From Octopus bimaculoides (Eukaryota): 64,000 bases of DNA. The first letter of the stretch is position 1. Every line of letters begins with the position of its first letter. The notes under the pieces are model-generated. The model was not told where the DNA came from, made no database searches, and worked only from the letters and a program-made list of their open reading frames with translations. The translations under genes were made by a program, and so were the position numbers. Positions 39,905-53,122 of the stretch are shown here, piece after piece. The stretch covers positions 46,670,489 to 46,734,488 of the forward strand of contig NC_068988.1 in NCBI RefSeq assembly GCF_001194135.2. Direction: 5' to 3'.

Positions 39905-40075
39905 TTGAGATGTATCAAGTTAATGTACCAGGTTTGAACAGTTACTGAAAGAAAAATAGCAAACCTGATTAAGAACAGAATTATTAGAGATGAAATGCAA
40001 TTTAGCTCTCTGCTAGGAAAAGGTATTACCTACGGGTTCACCTTGTGAAAGAATTGCAGGAGAAAAAGAACGTAC
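39900..40075 (+). mobile_element. RTE LINE reverse-transcriptase fragment
   Basis: ERKIANLIKNRIIRDEMQFS..GKG.T...QEK matches RTE DEMQFGF.PG..TTDAIF..RQLQEK. Upstream 39030-39830 may be more decayed RTE sequence. Confidence 0.65.
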
Positions 40076-41270
40076 CGAAATACTAGATCTGAGATGCTAG
40101 ACTACATATATCAGATTCATCCATCCTAAGATTTCGATTTTAAATTCTGCTCTGTGACAGTGCCAGCTTTACGTTACATTTTTCCAGAACTTATACAATA
40201 AACACTTGAATATTGAAATACAAGATGATATGCTCAACTAACCCATCTTAATAATTAGCCTTCGCACTTTTTTAATGACTATGCCTAAGTTGAAATGGCA
40301 GCACCATTGACAGACCGGAGACCAAGTCTTAATGCTTACACCAAAGTGGACTGTGATGAATCAACCCATGAGCAGGTAATATGCATAAAGTAGGGGACAG
40401 ATTAAAACTATAACGTAAGAGCAGAAACAGTTTCTCCAATTGGCTTCCACACAATTTCCTTCCATATTTCACTGACTATGTACAGGTATATTTTGGACCA
40501 TAGTAAACAATTCACCGATGTACTATGCAGGGAAACAGAGCAGGAATTTCTGAACTACACAAACATACCTCGACCTTGTGCATTGGAAAAAACTTGGAAC
40601 GAACGACTGCCATGTCTAGCAGACAGGTGTCCAGTACTGAGGACAGGTAAGACCCTGAAACCAGCTGAACTACTACTGATCCTGTCACCGCTGGATGGGA
40701 GTTGTTCGTTCCCTTGTTTGCAATATAACGGACACAGATATTGTGTCGTTAACCAGCTGGAGATGTCCTCCTGGGGTTAAAAATAGTAATAACATTGTTC
40801 TGTACGGAACAACCATATTGAGATTGTAAAAAACCATCACTTTTCAAAGCAATTACTGTTATAGGTTATTGCTATTTATTGTTATCATTATATCTTGGGT
40901 CCTTGTGGCCAGTAACAGAAAATAATAATAATCATCATCAGCTCCATCTTCATCTATTCATTATTGCTTTTCATTGTTATATTGATCTCCCGCTTTTTAC
41001 TTGATGTAAATCCCTCCACTTTTCCTTCTTTCTTGTTTTACTTTCATTTTACATTTCTATTGTCCCCGCTACCTTTTACCCCCTTGTGACCAATAAAAAA
41101 TAATTATAATAATCGTCATCATCTTTAATATTATCAATATTATCATTATTATTGTTGTTTTTGTTGCTGCTCTTATAATTATTGTTATTATCGTTATTAT
41201 AATCAGCTTCATGTTTCTTTAAATATAGATAATTATATCATACTTTCATCTATTTGCCAAAATTGTTAGT

Positions 41271-41327
<57 letters not shown>

Positions 41328-41719
41328 NNNNNNNNNNTATATATATATATATAGATACATATATATATATATATGCACACATATATATTTATATATACTT
41401 ATATGTTTATGTATGCGTGTATGTATGTATGTATGTATTCCTAATTTATTTGATCTTGTAAATACAACAGTCACCTCACCTTGACAAGTTTCTTACTTAA
41501 TTAGTTTTCTTGTTTTATTTGATTTCATTAGTTTTTATATATAATTCACTTTCCCTTGTTTGGTGTATAAATTAGTAATGCCAACAAGTACCTCTAGATA
41601 TCCACTAATTACTCTATTAATATTATGTGATTTTCTAAGTTCGTTAGATACAGATTCTGAGATAATCAGTAACAGACTTTTACTATCAAACCTTAAACTG
41701 AGTCTGTCTGTCTGAATTG

Positions 41720-41740
41720 TCTTCAATCATTTTTTGCTGC

Positions 41741-41771
<31 letters not shown>

Positions 41772-42025
41772 ACTAGTGCCAATGTTGTTGTTGTTGATGC
41801 TGATGCTGCTGTCATTGTTGTTGTTGTGTTGATTTTCATTGGTTTGTTTCGCTTTGCTTTTCTCTTCGATATTGCTTTGGCTTTCTGTTTTGCAATCTTA
41901 TCAACACACATTACTTGCCTTCGACATCGTCATCGTCATCGTCATCATCATCAGCTGCAGCATCACCACCATCATTACCATCGTTATCGTAGTCATCGTC
42001 ATCGTCATCATCATCATCATCAGTA
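41720..42025. repeat. (GTT)n and (CAT)n microsatellites
   Basis: Directly visible. Confidence 0.9.
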
Positions 42026-42034
42026 TCGAAAGTA

Positions 42035-42300
42035 CTCCAGTATCGAAAGCATGCTGTTGATAATTCAGTGCAGATGTGCTGGACATGTTGTTCGAATGCA
42101 AGATGATCGCATTCCGAAAATTCTTTTGTATGGCCAACAAGTAGAAGGATTCTGTGGTAAACGAAGACCCATCCTTAAGTATAAGTATAAGTTGAAACAA
42201 TCACTAAAATCCTTATAAAATATTGTGAGATCTTAGGAAAGTTATTGCCTAGATCGTAAAATTTGTCATAATGCATGTAAACAATTTGAATTGAAGTAAC
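42035..42300 (+). mobile_element. RTE (BovB-like) LINE 3' fragment
   Basis: SIESMLLIIQCRCAGHVVRMQDDRIPKILLYGQ...K.KLKQSLK matches the RTE-BovB C-terminus SIE.ML...QLRWAGHVVRM.D.RIPK.LLYGEL. Confidence 0.9.
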
Positions 42301-42781
42301 AGAACAATACAAGAATTAAATCATACGTTTATAATTATACTTCACTAAACAAGTCTAAATAAGCTTGAAAGATATCTCGAGTTGTTACTATATTTGCCCA
42401 ACTTCAGATTTGTTTACCCATACATGGCAACATTCAATTATGTTAGCACCAAATCACTTAACTGTTTACATAAACTGATTGAAATAGGAGAGTATTGTAG
42501 TTCGCTTGAAGCATTGTGTGTGGTTTGTAAAGAATAAAAAGTGTTGAATGGTACAACAATGCACTATAATACAAAAAAAAATGGACTATATACTTCTTGT
42601 AATTTAGTACGATGATATTTCGGAATACAATTCCTTCTTCAGATATTCTTAGATGGAGTCGCTGCACTGCCCTCTTCTTCTACTCATATTTATAGTTTCC
42701 TGTTAAAGTTAGAAACTGTAGTTGTCATTCCGTTACTTTCACGGTTATTTAATATATAATATTCTTACTATTTTATTTATT

Positions 42782-43095
42782 TATGCTCCCTTTAAAAGCC
42801 TAGCCAGGCTCATGGGCCCGGTTTCTCGGTTTCTATGACGTGTATGTCCCTCCACACCCACCCACAGCTGGATGGGACCCCAGTCCATCGCAACGTTGCT
42901 CAAGGAACAGGAAGAAAGCGTGAGAGAAAGTTGGGGCGAAAGAGTACAACAAGGGTCGCCACAACCCCTGCCGGAGCATCGTGGAGCTTTAGGTGTTTTC
43001 GCTCTATAAACACACACAACGCCCGGTCTGGGAATCGAAACCGATCCTTCGACCACGAGTTCGCTGCCCTAACCAATGGGCCATTGCGTCTCCAC
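42782..43095 (-). mobile_element. tRNA-derived SINE family C
   Basis: The minus-strand head has GGTTAGGGCAGCG...GGTTTCGATTCCCAGACCGGGCG; the body matches 4490 and 48216. Confidence 0.9.
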
Positions 43096-43724
43096 ATTCT
43101 TACTAATGGTGATGCTCTTCTATATATTATAAGGAGCTTAATAATAATGATGAAATTAACAACAACAACAACAATAATTATAATAAATATTATTATTGTT
43201 ATTGTTGTTATTAACCGGTTAGTTGGTATTACCATTGAATAATTGTAAAATTACAACATTACTCACGGCAAGTAGAAAGTTATAAAAGTAAAACTGGTAA
43301 CAAATCGTGAATTCAGTAGCAAAAAATTCTAAATCAAAAACAACACAAAATGGAAAGACAAAGCCGCCATAAAAATATAAACAAAAACAGTAGACATATA
43401 TCAAGACAAAATCCTCTAAGAGATGATATCAAAGTCGTGGTTATTGCAACTTGTACTACTCTAGGTTTTAATTAGCAGCTAGCAATGAAAGAAGATTATA
43501 GTTGTCCATTTTGGATTTTCAGTTAGACACTGAGATAAATGGCTTATGTGACCATTCGTAGTGAGATATATAGAATACAAGGTAAACTCCCAACTATTTA
43601 AGACAACAACCACATTTCGATTTCTTCATTGCAGTTAATTATTTAACCCACGCGTTCATAGGACAGATATTGAATGCAATACATATTCCTCCCTTCCGTG
43701 TATTTTTCAGTTTGTTTCTGAGTA

Positions 43725-43810
43725 AGAATGTTGTTGTTGTTGTTGTTGTAGTAGTAGTAGTAGTAGTAGTAGTAGTTGTTGTTGTTGTTGTTGCTGCTGC
43801 TGTTGTTGTT

Positions 43811-43841
<31 letters not shown>

Positions 43842-43873
43842 TTGCTATTATTATTATTATTATTATTAATATT

Positions 43874-43928
<55 letters not shown>

Positions 43929-43930
43929 GC
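43725..43930. repeat. Compound (GTT)(GTA)(GCT)(ATT) microsatellite
   Basis: Directly visible. Confidence 0.95.
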
Positions 43931-44106
43931 ACGTGCTCAAAATACTTAGCGTCCATCTTTACGTTCTGAGTTCAAATTCCGCCGAGGTTGACCCTGCCAT
44001 TGATCGTTTGCGGGGTCGATAAATTAAGTACCAGTTAAGCACTGAGTTTGATGTAATCAACTTATTCCCTTTCCTCGAAATCGCTGGCCTTGTGCCAAAA
44101 TTTGAA
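43930..44106 (+). mobile_element. SINE family B (5'-truncated)
   Basis: TTACGTTCTGAGTTCAAATTCCGCCGAGGT...GGGGTCGATAAATTAAGTACCAG...GCCTTGTGCCAAAATTTGAAA. Confidence 0.85.
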
Positions 44107-45069
44107 ATCATTATTATTGTTATTGTTGTTATTGTCGTTGATGCATTTATTGTCGTTATTACTATTTTTGTTATAATTGAATTTTTTAATGTTATTGTTT
44201 TCACATGATAAGCATTGTAAGTCAAACGTGGAAGACAAAATATCAAGGCATAGATGAGCTCTTATACCCTAGTGAAGAGATTGTGAAGAAAATCGCTTTT
44301 GCTTGTGCATTTAAGGAAGTCCCCTTATTCGCAACATACTTGATACAGCAAACATCTAAGATCGTACTGCCGGATTACTTGATCTAGTGCAGCCGGTATC
44401 GGTGATGGAGGAGTATGGAGATATGGCTAGCATCGGTTCCAACTTCCATAATAAAGGATCGGAGATAACTCTCGAGGTAATGCTACTGACAGCACCTACG
44501 GTACAGGCAATGAACCATAACCATATTTGTATCAAATGTGGGATGTAGATTCACGTAAAGGCAGAGGGTAAAGTGCAGGGGCTCAAATGCAACAACTTCA
44601 GCTACACGAACCACTTGAGTATCTTCTGATTTATATTGAAGGAGAAGAATGCGTGATAACCTTCCTGATAAGCAGCGCCCGAAACGCGAACGTAAGAAAT
44701 GATAACAATATAACCAGCATCGTCACTACAAATAACTGAAACAATGACAACTGCAGAAACTCTATGAAAGAAAGACTGAACACGCTAACATCACCACCAA
44801 CGAAAACACATCGTAGTGCGCCCTCTACTCTCGAAAAATCGAACAGACATAATAAGCAACAAAAACACAATATAAGTAACGTCAAGGCAGACCATTCTCC
44901 CTTGGCATTTCAAATTACGAAGATCAGGAAAATGTTTTGGCGAGGATGAAGAAGAATCACTAGACTGTCACACAGTACTGTATAAGTCAAAGTGTTTGAA
45001 ATGTTGAATAACCCACCAACCATCCACTCATCATCGCCACTTTGATAAAAAGCAAGTACAGTAATAATA

Positions 45070-45190
45070 GTCGTCTTAAATTTTGGCACACGGCCGGTAA
45101 TTTTAGGAGGAGAGACAAATCGCTTACATCGAACCTAATACTTGATTAGCACTTATTTTATAGAACCCGAAAGGCGAAGTTGAACTTGAT
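45070..45190 (-). mobile_element. SINE family B 3' fragment
   Basis: AAATTTTGGCACACGGCC...TTACATCGA...CTTATTTTAT.GA.CCCGAAAGG. Confidence 0.7.
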
Positions 45191-47360
45191 GGTAATTGAA
45201 ATCATAATGTAAAGCGACGAAGAAAATGTTTCTATGCATTTTATTCGACGTACTAACGATTCTTCCAGCAAACCACAACCGCATAATCAAAACCAGCAGA
45301 AAAATCCGCAAGCTCAACAGCAACCACAGCAAAAGCAATTAAAGAAAAAAGTGATAAATACAACTCAACAAACCGTCAAAGGAAAAAATAAGAACAAAAA
45401 CAGTAACATCGATAACAGCAATGTCAGCATCGAAGCAATCAAAAAGCTCGCCCCCTCTCCAATTCCTGCTATGAATAAAAAAACTAAGCTGATGAAGTCC
45501 ATAACAATTTTGTAATTATTACTATGTACATATATTTTACACCAACTATCAATATGCAACAACTAACGGAATGAAAGATCTTGTGAATAATTCAACAATT
45601 TAACATGTTATTTAACGCTAAAGATGGGAGAAACTACATCAACGTTGATGGCTTAGAATCTGTGCGTCCGCTGCTACTGAAATACCGTACCGGATAAAAG
45701 ACCAAGGGCTGCCTCGTTTATGCTCACATTTGTAAAGTATCTGTCGATAACTATGAATATTCACTAATGAGATATTTGATTTTGTGCTATCTCTAGCAGT
45801 GACTATACTTTGATCAAACCACTGAACATTCTTACAAGAAGGGGTTGTTGATAGTGTCGGACTAAATGTTTTACTGAACAATATAGAAAATACAAGTAAA
45901 AATACAATTAAAGGCTAGGGCTGTGAAGAGCTCATCACAAAATATACGAACTAATAGACTCCTGTAGAATACGTTATCAGAAGACTGTATGACCTCAGGA
46001 AATGATACGGAAATTTTTCGAAACAGAGAGAAGAACCTTTAAGAGGATCCATTCAAGGAAGCTCTGTCCTAGCAAGAGCAAATTAATTATCCTTCTCTTA
46101 CTTTCTTCCACCTAATACAACCATTGTAATGTGTAGAAGCCTCACAAACATGCTCAAGCAGTTTCAGCAGCTTAACGAGTATCAATTCAATTTCCTGAAT
46201 GCGCTGTATGTGGGCATGGGTAAATCGCACTGGATTATCTAAATCATGTTTCGATAGAGTATTTGGTTGGTAAACGAATATGAATCATGTAAAGTACCGA
46301 TCATTTTAGTTGCTCACATATTTATTTTAAACTCGATATAATCTCAGTCCAATTCTTGTTTGAATGAACCATGTTTTACATCCTTTTCATATGAATAAGA
46401 TAACTATCAGTAAAGTTCTGGTGTCAGTTCACAAACTTATATTCTTTTATATATATGTAACCCAATGTGAAACTAAGAAATCAATCTTCTAGATTACCTT
46501 TACGTTAAACATTTGATATTTTCCCTAGAGAATTATAATTCGTGTTTGTTTGCAGTAAATATTAAATTTTTGACCTTAAGCCTGTCACATCTTATATGAC
46601 GTAGTCATTTACATCCTATATTTTATCAAACAGGTAAATCTAAAAGATTTTACCTGTGCAACCATTTCTGTATAATACATTAGTAAACATTAATCTACGC
46701 TATCAAAAGCACATAATTCGTTGATTTCTATGCGTGCAAAATGATAACAACTTAACGAAATAGCTACTAACTTATTATATTTTGCATTCATGGGGTTTTG
46801 CAAAATTCAGCTTACAAGTAAATTAAGGAATAAAATCCAACCCATACGCATTTACAACCCTTCACATACAGAAGGAGACATATGTACATACACTCATTTA
46901 AAATAACATAAATCAAATACACACTTAGTCATAAAAATATCAACTAAGCTTAAACCATCAATTCTCTGTACTCATAAAACTATTTTTTCAGACTTGCTAC
47001 TACCTACCAAACATTCACAAAGGAAGAGAGACATACAGAGTATTTGAAGACTATGAGAATATTTACAAAACATGTCACTTAATTTTTCTCTCCAATTTAA
47101 TTGTTTTACTTATTTTACTCGTAGTTGAAATAGTCTAAAAGACAGAAACCTGTACTAAAATGTACTTCATGATATAATTATTTTAGCATTTTATACCTTC
47201 TCTTATTTTCCTTATATATATATATATATATAANNNNNNNNNNNNNNNNNNNNNNNNNNNNNNNNNNNNNNNNNNNNNNNNNNNNNNNNNNNNNNNNNNN
47301 NNNNNNNNTATAAGTATATGTGTGTGCGTGTGTGATAAACAAATAACAACAGATCGATTG

Positions 47361-47445
47361 CTCACTACAGCTGTTTCAGACGTGCTTTTTATTGATGAAT
47401 ATAAGTGTTACATCATGCGAAAAGAAAACCGTTTCGTCAGGTGAG
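47361..47445 (-). ncRNA. Type I hammerhead ribozyme with palindromic stem III (dimer type, Penelope-like)
   Basis: The minus strand reads CTCAC-CTGACGA-[stem II AACGGTTTT...AAAAAGCACGTCT]-GAAA-CAGCTG-TA-GTGAG. Stem I is perfect, all core nucleotides are present, CAGCUG is a palindrome, and the GUA cleavage triplet ends at 47366. Confidence 0.75.
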
Positions 47446-47606
47446 TAAATGTAAGATTTAATCAGTTTGAACACCTCAATAATAAGTCAAAAGTGCTATT
47501 TTGACTCTTCCGACCAAAATTCGATATTTATATTCATATTTGCAGACAGATTTGTATGCACAAATTTTTTATGTGATTATATAAAAGTTATATATATATA
47601 TATATA

Positions 47607-47658
47607 TGGGTGGGAGTAAAAAGTGGTTTACCATTTTTACACTTTTTACCCCCGCCCA
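47607..47658. repeat. Short hairpin palindrome (19-bp arms)
   Basis: TGGGTGGGAGTAAAAAGTG (47607-47625) versus the reverse complement of CACTTTTTACCCCCGCCCA (47640-47658), 17/19 identical. Confidence 0.8.
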
Positions 47659-48215
47659 AATATGACACTCAATTACGAGATTCCCACGCAATAACCAGCC
47701 ATTGGGTATGAATAATTTGGTACACTACCAGCAGTATATTGGATAGGTACTATCCCTTAGATGGTTGGTTTCCCAACTTTTAACTCTAACAGATATATAT
47801 GTGTGTGTGAATTATATATGTATGCCTAGATAGATACAGAGATTGATCAATCAGTCGATCGAGTGCTGGATAAGTGTATAAACGAAAGGGAAAGGTACTC
47901 AGTGATTGCTGTATAGTTTATATTTATGCGCTCAGAATAGTTTGCGGCAAAATGCCATTTCTTAAAGTTTAACTAGAAATTGGTACATACTCCTGTTTGT
48001 TCGATGGTTGAAAATGTATGAAACATGCCCGAACAATGATGAGAAACATAAAGTAATGTCATTCTAACTCAGATTGATAATAATTGCATATGTTATCTTT
48101 CAGTTAGTTTCAGTTGTTGGACTATGATGACACTGGGATATATAATACATACAAACATATATACATACTTACATATAAACATAAATACGTTCATATGTAT
48201 GTGTATGTATATATC

Positions 48216-48583
48216 TATTCTTGGCACTCCGTCGCTTACGACGTCGAGGGTTCCAGTTGCTCCGATCAACGGAACAGCCTGCTCGTGAAATTAACGTGCA
48301 AATGTCTGAGCACTCCACAGACACGTGTACCCTTAACGTAGTTCTCGGGGATATTCAGCGTGACAAGGCTGACCCTTTGAATTACAGGCACAACAGAAAC
48401 AGAAGTAAGAGAAAGTTGTGGTAAAAGAATACAGCAGGGTTCGCCACCATCCCCTGCCGGAGCCTCGTGGAGCTTTAGGTGTTTTCGCTCAATAAACACT
48501 CACAACGCCCGGTCTGGGAATCGAAACCGCGATTCTATGACCGCGAGTCCGCTGCCCTAACCACTAGGCCATTGCGCCTCCAC
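48216..48583 (-). mobile_element. Near full-length tRNA-derived SINE family C
   Basis: The minus strand starts GTGGAGGCGCAATGGCCTAGTGGTTAGGGCAGCGG...GGTTTCGATTCCCAGACC (A and B boxes) and ends GGAGTGCCAAGAATA. Confidence 0.9.
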
Positions 48584-49985
48584 ACATATGTATATACATA
48601 TATATATATAAACACATGCATATAATTATATGTTTATGTATGTGTGTCTGTGTGTGTGAATAAATACACATACACGCGCATATAGTTCAGAGTAGACAAC
48701 ACTCGGTAGTGAAGACAATTCGTGTTGTCAATGTGAAGACAATTCGTGTTGTCAATGTCCAGTAATTAAGTCCGACAGATTCGTATGAATTCTGTATCAC
48801 TAAACTACGGTTTTTGTACTCAAAGACATACACACATAGATGCGCATAAAAATATACACACAGAAACTGACATAAGTACAGCGACACAGAAAAGCATAGA
48901 AAAAAAAAAGCAGATAAGAGAAATTTAATATGAATTTCTTTTATAATCCATCCCTAATATACTTGTTTAAACATTTTGAAGAAAGAAAAATCTTTCATAA
49001 AGGCCTCATAATTATGAGTATTCAGTTAACCTCAAACGATGCTAAACATAGAAACATAGAAACAGAAACAGTCAAGTCAAAACAATAACAATTTTAAAGT
49101 TATTATTGTTATTATCCAGCCAAAATTTTATACTGAGAATAAACAAAATTTTGACATTCAGTTGATTCTCTTGTTCTCGAAGATTCGTTATAAATAATAA
49201 AAATTCATTGAGATATGTAAACATCTCATCAATTTCACACGCTACAGTGAATTGTCTTTAGAAGACCTTTCTATAAGACTTTTGTATGAAGTTAGTTGTG
49301 AAAATGAAAAATAAAAAAATAAAGCTAAAAATTAAAAGACAGAGACAGAAGAAGCTGCATAAAACAAGATAATTAAAGAATCAAATGAATTTATTGAAAC
49401 ATAAAACTACAATGCTGTTCTTAATTTAGAATGTCATGTGTAATGTGCAATGGAAGAAAAAAAGTTTTTCAATGAACATTTACAGTAATGTTATTATGAA
49501 ACAAATTTTTATCACTTCGTTCTTGTAAAAAGTTTTCGCTAGAAAGTTTACTTTGGTGTATCAAATAGAAAAATTGAAAAAAAATCTAAGCCCTTTATGT
49601 ATGCATATGGACTTCTGTATACTCACGTAATTGTGCGTACGTCTACAGATTGTAGAGTAACATCATCATATATGTATAAGTAAGTAAATGTATATACATA
49701 CATATACATATAGGTGTATATATGCATATATATATATATATGTGTGTAAGTATGTATTTACATATGCACACACATACACACACATAAAATACAGTAATCT
49801 GTATATGCAACTCAAAACATCTTTTAAATTACGATAGCCATGTATGTAATATTTATTGTGCTTAATGAATATAGATCGTTGAATGACAAGTTACTGAGGT
49901 AATCGTCTGTGATAACAACTCTTATAGATGTGGTGTTTTTAAAATATACATATACATACATACATAAATACATACATATACATAC

Positions 49986-50030
<45 letters not shown>

Positions 50031-50598
50031 NNNNNNNNNNNNNNNNNNNNNNNNNNNNNNNNNNNNNNNNNNNNNNNNNNNNNNNNNNNNNNNNNNNNNN
50101 NNNNNNNNNNNNNNNNNNNNNNNNNNNNNNNNNNNNNNNNNNNNNNNNNNNNNNNNNNNNNNNNNNNNNNNNNNNNNNNNNNNNNNNNNNNNNNNNNNNN
50201 NNNNNNNNNNNNNNNNNNNNNNNNNNNNNNNNNNNNNNNNNNNNNNNNNNNNNNNNNNNNNNNNNNNNNNNNNNNNNNNNNNNNNNNNNNNNNNNNNNNN
50301 NNNNNNNNNNNNNNNNNNNNNNNNNNNNNNNNNNNNNNNNNNNNNNNNNNNNNNNNNNNNNNNNNNNNNNNNNNNNNNNNNNNNNNNNNNNNNNNNNNNN
50401 NNNNNNNNNNNNNNNNNNNNNNNNNNNNNNNNNNNNNNNNNNNNNNNNNNNNNNNNNNNNNNNNNNNNNNNNNNNNNNNNNNNNNNNNNNNNNNNNNNNN
50501 NNNNNNNNNNNNNNNNNNNNNNNNNNNNNNNNNNNNNNNNNNATATAGTCTATAGTAGATACTATGGAGATTTATATATATATGTATATATACCTCCC

Positions 50599-50646
<48 letters not shown>

Positions 50647-51122
50647 AAAGCAGCTTTGCTGGGAAAGAAAGCACGTAATGCGGAGATGGATAATCATAGA
50701 AAGAATCATTGGTAAGAGAATGTGAGACGGAAGTTTTTAAAATTTTATTGATTTTATAATCGAATAGGGCTACTTTTTAGTTTAGTGCAATGCATATTGT
50801 GCTCTTTTATGAAGATTTTGATAACATTTTATAGCATACTAATTTATTATAACGGTTTTTGCATAGGTCATGAACAGAATTTTATTGTGATACTGTATTA
50901 TACAAGATGATAATGGATCGCCCTGTCTGATGGTGCTTGAGTGGTTACAATCATATATGTATGTATATATATATATATATATATGAGCCTTGAGTGAGAT
51001 GAGAAAAGATAAATATTATTAGTTTAAGCGGCAAATCATTTATAAGTGCTTATTGTGATAGTTTAAATTTCCTCACCCTCTTTGTGGTTAAATAGTAACG
51101 TGGTCACCTGATACATAGCACA

Positions 51123-51917
51123 TACAGAGTGTTCGGGCTAAATTTGACATTTATCTGACATCTTCTTTTGCACGAGCAGCTTGATATATTGGAGAACATA
51201 AATAGTAAATTTGTAGCTGAGAAAACGTTAGCTGACATGGAGGAATGGAAGCCATCTGAATATTGGAAATGAGTTATCTGTGTCATGACAATACCCACCA
51301 GGTTTTAAAATGTCGACATTATGGCTGCTGGCCAATGTTCTTTCGACATTGTAAAGGGCGTTAGACATGATATGGAAAGCTGCAACGGTGACTTCGAAGT
51401 CTTGGTTTGCACGAAGGGACACAGCAGGCGTTCTGACTACGTCCAGACGCTGACTTTCATCCCATTCATCAACACATTTTTGAACAGGGTCTTAGGCTCG
51501 ACTCAGATGGCAACCTGAAGCTGCTGGAGACTGTGTTCAGTCTTTGGCTCGAGATGGCCGCTGCTGAAGACTTTATATCAGGATTCGGCTCTTTACCATA
51601 CCTCCGGCAAACGTCAGAAGTGGTTGTTGGAGAATTTCTACAACTTCACCAGCCCCAATTTCTGCCTTCCAAATTCTCCCGATTGTAATAACATAGATTA
51701 CTATGTGTAATCAAACTGCTCTGCCTGCAACACCAAGGCTGAGCTAGCGGCTAAGATCAAGATGTTCGAAAATCTTCCTAACAATGCAAAAGGAAACTCA
51801 TGCGCCCGGTTCCAGAGCTGTCTTGGGGCGGTGGTGGAAACTAAAGGTGGCTAATTTTAATAAACTTTTATCTTCCAACCGTAATCTAGTCNNNNNNNNN
51901 NGCCCGAATACCCAGTA
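51123..51917 (+). mobile_element. Internally deleted Tc1/mariner DD37D (maT) element
   Basis: TIRs TACAGAGTGTTCGGGC and GCCCGAATACCCAGTA. The transposase reads QDSALYHTS...ENF...PNSPDCNNIDYY, with exactly 37 residues between the Asp codons at 51582 and 51696. C-terminal RFQSCLGAVVETKGG; frameshifts and stops. Confidence 0.9.
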
Positions 51918-52174
51918 TGTAGTTCAGTTCTTTTAGGCAGCTCTATTTATTGTAATATCATGGAAGATACTGGATTAAAAATGTGAAGATCAGGATTTGA
52001 AATTTTAATATAATTTTGGTGGGTTATTTTTCCTTTCGAACAGTGAAGTATTTTGTGATTTGTAAACCTGATAAGAATGCTTGCTCATGTCTAACTGGCA
52101 GGCAAAAGGAATAAAGAGGTGACACATATTTCACCAATGCGTACTTTGATTGCTGGGAAAAGCATCTAACTGGA

Positions 52175-52175
<1 letters not shown>

Positions 52176-52250
<75 letters not shown>
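52176..52250. repeat. (AAT)n microsatellite
   Basis: Directly visible. Confidence 0.95.
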
Positions 52251-52252
<2 letters not shown>

Positions 52253-53075
52253 GGTAATAATTTCTCAGAAAAAAACAGAGTTTAAATGTTTTCTCAAATA
52301 GCGTGTGCAACGGAAATAGATATAATGTTGCATCGGCTGAACTCGTAACACATTTAATTATCATTGTCTTTTTTAGGGAATAATATGATATTGAATATAT
52401 TGTTAATTATCTGGGAATAAAAGAAAAAAAATTGGAGTATCTTTTAAAGTTTCGTACTATGTAGACGTGCTATGGTATAGCGATCTTAAATAAATTGAAT
52501 TAACACTGGATATTTTCATAGCATATTAAACACAATTTGGAGATATTTTTTCATAAAGACTCTCATGCTATGACATGAATATAACACCTGTCTCTCACAA
52601 TAATGCTGATGCATTTTTACAAAGAACCAGGAATTGAGATGCGTTCTGGAGAAAGAATGCGATCTGATGTATTTCTATCTCTTTCAAAGAATTTAGTGAT
52701 ACCTGTGGTGTAAAATTTCTAGCACCGGGATTAGAAACAGAGTTCTAGAATCTACCTGCTAAGAGCTTAACTCTGCTCTACGGGTTTTTGAATTTTGTTC
52801 CAATATTTAATCTGGAAGGTTCCATAGACATATAAAATGAACTATTTATGTCAATTGTATGGCAGCTGTTTCAAGGAAACAGTCATTTCTTGTCAAGATT
52901 AGAAGCTTTTCATAGAGGATCAGAGGAAAAGATTAACTGCAGAAGTGAATCCTTAGTTTAATCCGTTTTATTTAAGGAATTTAAGTAACAGCTTCTCTTT
53001 TCGCATTTAGTTTCCATGGAATACATGTGTTCTGGTGTTGAGTATGTATTTACATGTTTGTACTTCTATGTGAAT

Positions 53076-53122
<47 letters not shown>

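Noticed and set aside
40478-40780. 100-aa ORF with TWNER, resembling the RTE endonuclease start GTWNVRT
   Set aside because: Only one weak motif; cannot be assigned by eye.
44658-44700. Hammerhead-like CTGATAA...GAAACGCG
   Set aside because: The core is mutated, stem II is poor and the cleavage-site U is absent; at most a dead Penelope remnant.
48490-48583. tRNA-like sequences with A/B boxes (also 43020-43095, 25420-25476)
   Set aside because: They are SINE heads continuous with SINE bodies; no complete cloverleaf or acceptor stem.
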